64,000 bases of DNA from a virus: positions 1-64,000 of IMG/VR virus record IMGVR_UViG_3300032272_000003; one strand, given 5' to 3'. The notes beneath the pieces are model-generated. The model saw only the letters and a program-made list of their open reading frames with translations, searched no databases and was not told where the DNA came from. Both the position numbers and the translations under genes were made by a program. Shown here in pieces: positions 60,205 through 64,000 of the stretch. Each line of letters starts with the position of its first letter. The first letter of the stretch is position 1.

Positions 60205-60279
60205 TGGTACTCAGGGGGAATTTCGAAATCCCGACCCTTGCCTTGTAAAAGCACTGCTCTGCCTCTGAGCTACCCGAGT
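60205..60279 (-). tRNA. tRNA-Val(TAC)
   Basis: TT-TAC-AA loop. Confidence 0.88.
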
Positions 60280-60285
60280 AAAAAT

Positions 60286-60369
60286 TGGTACTCCGGGTGG
60301 GTTTCGAACCCACATGGCCGAAGCCGGGGGATTTTAAGTCCCCTGTGTATCCCATTCCACCACCGGAGC
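60286..60369 (-). tRNA. tRNA-Leu(TAA)
   Basis: CT-TAA-AA loop, long variable arm. Confidence 0.92.
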
Positions 60370-60379
60370 ATGGGGGATT

Positions 60380-60455
60380 TGGCGCTGTGTATGGGGATTG
60401 AACCCATCGATTCTTCCGTGACAGGGAAGCCCGTTCGCCAGCTCGGTCACACAGC
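60380..60455 (-). tRNA. tRNA-Asp(GTC)
   Basis: CT-GTC-AC loop, G73. Confidence 0.88.
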
Positions 60456-60461
60456 ATTGTT

Positions 60462-60534
60462 TGGTGGAGCTATAGAGAATCGAACTCTACCCAGTCACTT
60501 GCAAGGCGTCCGGTGATACCCATATACTAGCCCC
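60462..60534 (-). tRNA. tRNA-Ala(TGC), atypical D-arm
   Basis: CT-TGC-AA loop, G3:U70. Confidence 0.8.
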
Positions 60535-60539
60535 TCGTT

Positions 60540-60638
60540 TGGCGGAAGAACAGAGATTCGAACTCTGACGACTACTTACGTAGACCTTCGGTTTTCAAGA
60601 CCGCTGCCGCTACCCAGGTTCTTTCGGCTTACTCTTCC
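60540..60638 (-). tRNA. tRNA-Ser(TGA), enlarged D-loop
   Basis: CT-TGA-AA loop, long variable arm. Confidence 0.85.
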
Positions 60639-60643
60639 TAAAT

Positions 60644-60721
60644 TGGTCTGCGTGGTTGGATTTGAACCAACGGCTTCTCGGTTCCAAACCGAGAACTCTG
60701 ACCAGACTGAGCTACACACAG
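60644..60721 (-). tRNA. tRNA-Pro(TGG)
   Basis: TT-TGG-AA loop, C1:G72. Confidence 0.93.
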
Positions 60722-60727
60722 ATTGTT

Positions 60728-60811
60728 TGGTGGTTCGAGTACGAGTTGAACGTACACAGCCATGGGCGTCCGGGTTACAACCGGGTGAACTCGCCAATGT
60801 TCAGTCGAACC
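60728..60811 (-). tRNA. tRNA-Tyr(GTA)
   Basis: TT-GTA-AC loop, long variable arm. Confidence 0.88.
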
Positions 60812-60840
60812 AATATTCTTTGTCAACCTTTGAGACAATC

Positions 60841-60869
60841 ATTGTAAACCTTAGTTCCAACATTGTCAA
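60841..60869 (-). promoter_or_regulatory. sigma70 promoter of the tRNA operon
   Basis: TTGACA-17-TACAAT. Confidence 0.85.
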
Positions 60870-60966
60870 CCTTAAGTTTGCCTGTTCGTCCCCTGCTGAG
60901 GGCAGAATGCCCTACATAGCCCATCGACAACAGCCCTTCTCAATCCTTGCGATTGAGTCCCATATT

Positions 60967-61041
60967 TGGATCACCCGGTAGGCATCGAACCCACATTTCG
61001 AGATTCAAAGTCTCGCGTCCTACCAATTAGACGACAGGTGA
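60967..61041 (-). tRNA. tRNA-Gln(TTG)
   Basis: CT-TTG-AA loop, U1:A72. Confidence 0.92.
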
Positions 61042-61545
61042 ACTTTAATCAATCTTCGCATCCGTTATGATAATCTCATAAGTAGGCATACCAGGTATCA
61101 ATACCTTTGGCTTACTCATCACAGTGACCATGGTGAAGTCAGGTAGTTCAATAACCCATCCTTTATTCTCCATCCCATTCTCCAGTGCGATTCTCTTAAG
61201 TTCTTCCTTAATAACCGACACTGCCTGTTCCAAACTTATTGCGTCTACTTCGGCCATCACAACTTCTCCATCTTGATTAGTACTTTATTTAACTTAGAAA
61301 GCTTCATATCGATCTCACATTCCGGTCTTGCATCTTATTGCATCGCTTACAGGTGCGTTGTTCTCTTATCTCAATACCACCAAAGCATCCATCATAAGAC
61401 ACTGAGCGTTTGTATTGATCCCACTTACTCCAATCATGGAGCCAGCATCGGGCTTTGAAGAACTTACGTATCCGGTAGATCATTAATATGTCCTCATTTG
61501 GGACAATCTTACTGTATTATTATCTCCTTGTCAAATTGTACACAT

Positions 61546-61573
61546 AAAAAAAGAGGCTCCGAAGAGCCTCTTT
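61546..61573 (-). terminator. intrinsic terminator after the capsid gene
   Basis: AAAGAGGCTC-TTCG-GAGCCTCTTTTTTT. Confidence 0.9.
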
Positions 61574-61601
61574 AGTTTCTCACTTAAGAGAGGGTCTTCG
61601 A

Positions 61602-62786
61602 TTAACCGATACCAAGTACCAGGTTAGCCACGTTGGCTCTGCGATAGAAATCACCTGAGTTGCCTAATGAATCGGCAGGGTTGGTAAAGTCTGTCAGGGC
61701 ATAACGAGTCATTAAGCCCATGCGAGGGTTGAAGCTGTCAGCATCTACAATCACACCAGAACTCATAAGAGGAATGTATGGGCTGTAAATAAGGCCAGTA
61801 TCAAGCTCACTAGCACCCTTGTAACCAACTAACAGTTTGTTAGTAGTAGCATGGATGTCTACATAGACACGCATTGATCCGTTAAGGACACCAGCGAACA
61901 GTGTAGAGCTTGGGTTCAGGTCAGGACTTGCCGTAGCAGGAACGAATGAACCGTTGTTTGCATGACGCAATGCTATCAGAACGTTAGGGCTGACAACCAT
62001 CCAGTTTGCACCGGAACGTTTAGTGGCTACTGCGATTTGGTTTGACAGTTCACTGATTGCAATAACCAGGGCTGTAAACTTCTCAGAAGCATAACGACCA
62101 TCGGCGTCGGCAAAGTCAAATACACTTACTGCACCAGCTAGGGTTTCTAGTCGGCCCAGAAGCTCTTTGTCAAGCTCACGAACGATTTCGTCAGACACGA
62201 TTGAAACAAGTTCGTCTTCAAGAATAATACCATGTAGGCTGGCAGCGTCTTGCTGTGCTTCGATGGTCCACTTGGCTTGGAGCTTGCGGCTCTTTGCTTC
62301 AATGGTCTTTTTGACGATTTCAAGGTTCATTTCCTGTCCACCGTTGTTTTCCAAGTGACGGGTAAACTCGTCTGGAAGGGTGAAGGCGTCTACAGTGGTG
62401 TAGTCGGCTTCGGCATTCTGTAAGAAGGTGTACTTCTCATAGAGGTTTACTGCGTTTGCTTCATCATCAGCAGTTGGACCAGTTGCAACAGTGTTACCGT
62501 AACGTGCTTTCAGGGCACGGACGATACCGACTGGAGCGTTCATTGGCTGTACACCAACAAGTTCCATTGCGATAAGGGCAGGGGCAGCACGACGGATGAT
62601 TGGCATTACTACCTTATCAAACTTCGCAATACTATCATTACTGATTGCTGTAAATGAACCAGGAAAAGCTTCAGCAAGATGCTCTTTCTGAATGTCCAGC
62701 ATGGTTTCAGTAATGGTGCGACGAGAACCGTCCAATCCTTCGAGGATTGCAGCCTTCTCTTCTAACCATAAATTTTGATCACTCAT
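61602..62786 (-). CDS. major capsid protein (gp23-like)
   Basis: GVQPM..P.G, AKSRKL.A.WT.E..QD, VGYKG..E.D.G..YSPYIPL, F.P.MG.MTRY. Confidence 0.95.
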   Translation of the reverse strand: MSDQNLWLEEKAAILEGLDGSRRTITETMLDIQKEHLAEAFPGSFTAISNDSIAKFDKVVMPIIRRAAPALIAMELVGVQPMNAPVGIVRALKARYGNTVATGPTADDEANAVNLYEKYTFLQNAEADYTTVDAFTLPDEFTRHLENNGGQEMNLEIVKKTIEAKSRKLQAKWTIEAQQDAASLHGIILEDELVSIVSDEIVRELDKELLGRLETLAGAVSVFDFADADGRYASEKFTALVIAISELSNQIAVATKRSGANWMVVSPNVLIALRHANNGSFVPATASPDLNPSSTLFAGVLNGSMRVYVDIHATTNKLLVGYKGASELDTGLIYSPYIPLMSSGVIVDADSFNPRMGLMTRYALTDFTNPADSLGNSGDFYRRANVANLVLGIG

Positions 62787-62833
62787 TATTATCTCCTAAT
62801 AATATCTCGTTGTATAACCTATATTTAGTAATA

Positions 62834-63661
62834 TTAGGCTTTTTTCCCTTGTGAAAGTCTTTTAAGTCTTTCTAAGTAAGCAGCACGATCAGGGTCGACA
62901 ACAGTATCGTCAGATTCGGTAATTACCTTATCGTCTTTCTTATCATCTTTCTTATCATCTGCGTCCACGTCAGCGGTAGATTCTTCAAGTACAGAATCAA
63001 GTGCTCCGTCAAATCGTGCTTGCATCTTGTCAGTTGCAACACCTTCGAGGATGGTCTGCATTACATTACGTTTTGAACCAGTAAGCTGGCCCAGCAGATT
63101 TTCCATCAACTTTTCACGTTGAAGTTCAGATACATTTTCCAGTGCTTCAGATAGTTTATCTTTAGCGGCGGTAAGTTCTGCCTTTATATCAGCTATGTCT
63201 TCGGCAAAGCCGTGACGACTGAATTCATCTTTGAACGCTTCAAACACCATCACGCCAAAACGTGCTCGTTTGGCTTCCATAATGTCACCTTTGATCTCAC
63301 TGATCTCATCGGTAACAGTACCATTTACCATGGCTTCGAAACTCTCTGACAGCTTAGCTGCATACTCTACCTTGAATTCTTCAAGCTTGGTGGCATAGCG
63401 AACTTCCATTTTACGGAAGTAATCAATGTCAGCTTTCAACGATTCAATTTCTGAATCTACAGCTTCGTTGACCATACCAAATAACTTTGAAGAGATTTCG
63501 GTCTTGTCACGTTCAAATTTCTTGGCGAATTCAATCTCCAATTCTCCACGAACAGTTTCATCAACCTGGGTCTTGTAGGCAGTGACGGCTTCTTTAAGAG
63601 CATCCTTAACTTCTGGTGAAAGAAGTTCGTTCTCGAATAAAGCTTTAAATTGGTCACTCAT
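62834..63661 (-). CDS. prohead core scaffold protein (gp22-like)
   Basis: Acidic coiled coil, FEAF..EF, located between protease and capsid genes. Confidence 0.8.
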   Translation of the reverse strand: MSDQFKALFENELLSPEVKDALKEAVTAYKTQVDETVRGELEIEFAKKFERDKTEISSKLFGMVNEAVDSEIESLKADIDYFRKMEVRYATKLEEFKVEYAAKLSESFEAMVNGTVTDEISEIKGDIMEAKRARFGVMVFEAFKDEFSRHGFAEDIADIKAELTAAKDKLSEALENVSELQREKLMENLLGQLTGSKRNVMQTILEGVATDKMQARFDGALDSVLEESTADVDADDKKDDKKDDKVITESDDTVVDPDRAAYLERLKRLSQGKKA

Positions 63662-63703
63662 TTGTTAGTCTCCTAATACAATTTGTTATATTGTTATTTA
63701 TGC

Positions 63704-64000
63704 TTATTGAAATAAATCTTCGATAAACTTCAGCATTTCCCTCTTAAAGTACTTTTGTGCTGCTTCGTCATGCACAACTGCCTCTGCCAAACTCTCAAGC
63801 ATCTCGCCCCGTTTATAGAACTCTAAATGCTCGTATACTGATTCTGGATATGCATTAATAGCTGAAGGATTAGCTACTATATCCACGGTCACTAAGTCGA
63901 AACCTTCGACTATACCGGTTGATTCATTTACACTACCACTACCACGGCTAGAAACACCTAGTGGGACACCCGCTTCAATAAGGCTTCTTGCAATCTGACC
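63704..64000 (-). CDS. prohead protease (gp21-like), 5' truncated by the window edge
   Basis: Frame continues to the edge: LGVSSRGSGSV...FDLVTVDIVANPSA. Confidence 0.9.
   Translation of the reverse strand, partial: GQIARSLIEAGVPLGVSSRGSGSVNESTGIVEGFDLVTVDIVANPSAINAYPESVYEHLEFYKRGEMLESLAEAVVHDEAAQKYFKREMLKFIEDLFQ

Noticed and set aside
59683-60638. TAG, TAA and TGA anticodons as stop suppressors or Sec tRNA
   Set aside because: They read CUA, UUA (Leu) and UCA (Ser) codons.
58145-60981. ORF-track ORFs overlapping the tRNA cluster
   Set aside because: They are shadows of tRNA genes, except 59469..59678.
1-64000. Alternative genetic code
   Set aside because: Core genes are full length under code 11 and all three stop codons terminate genes.

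Overview
A 64-kb segment of a large T4-like (jumbo-type) myovirus genome, almost entirely encoded on the minus strand, standard genetic code. Reading right to left in transcription order: the head module (partial gp21 protease, gp22 scaffold, gp23 major capsid protein); a cluster of 25 tRNAs covering all 20 amino acids, with interspersed ncRNA candidates; a replication, nucleotide-metabolism and RNA-repair region (RNase H, dTMP kinase, Dda-like helicase, dUTPase, split family-B DNA polymerase, clamp, SSB, MoxR/vWA pair, Rnl1, Pnkp-like kinase-phosphatase, dCMP deaminase, class II RNR with two inteins, DRB0094-type RNA ligase, mini Pol III-alpha domain, primase, helicase, ThyX, guanylate kinase); many small hypothetical genes; and an early-type region (about 3.6-8.5 kb) with sigma70 promoters and repeated stem-loop leaders. 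The main unexplained structure is a non-coding block at about 8.5-9.06 kb holding five sigma54 -24/-12 boxes, NtrC-type enhancer palindromes and perfect IHF sites. Other highlights are a 189-nt tRNA-like RNA with three CAU anticodon-like loops and a shared hydrophobic C-terminal motif on about 20 accessory proteins. The host is probably a proteobacterium (inference). All calls come from motif recognition by eye; no searches were run.
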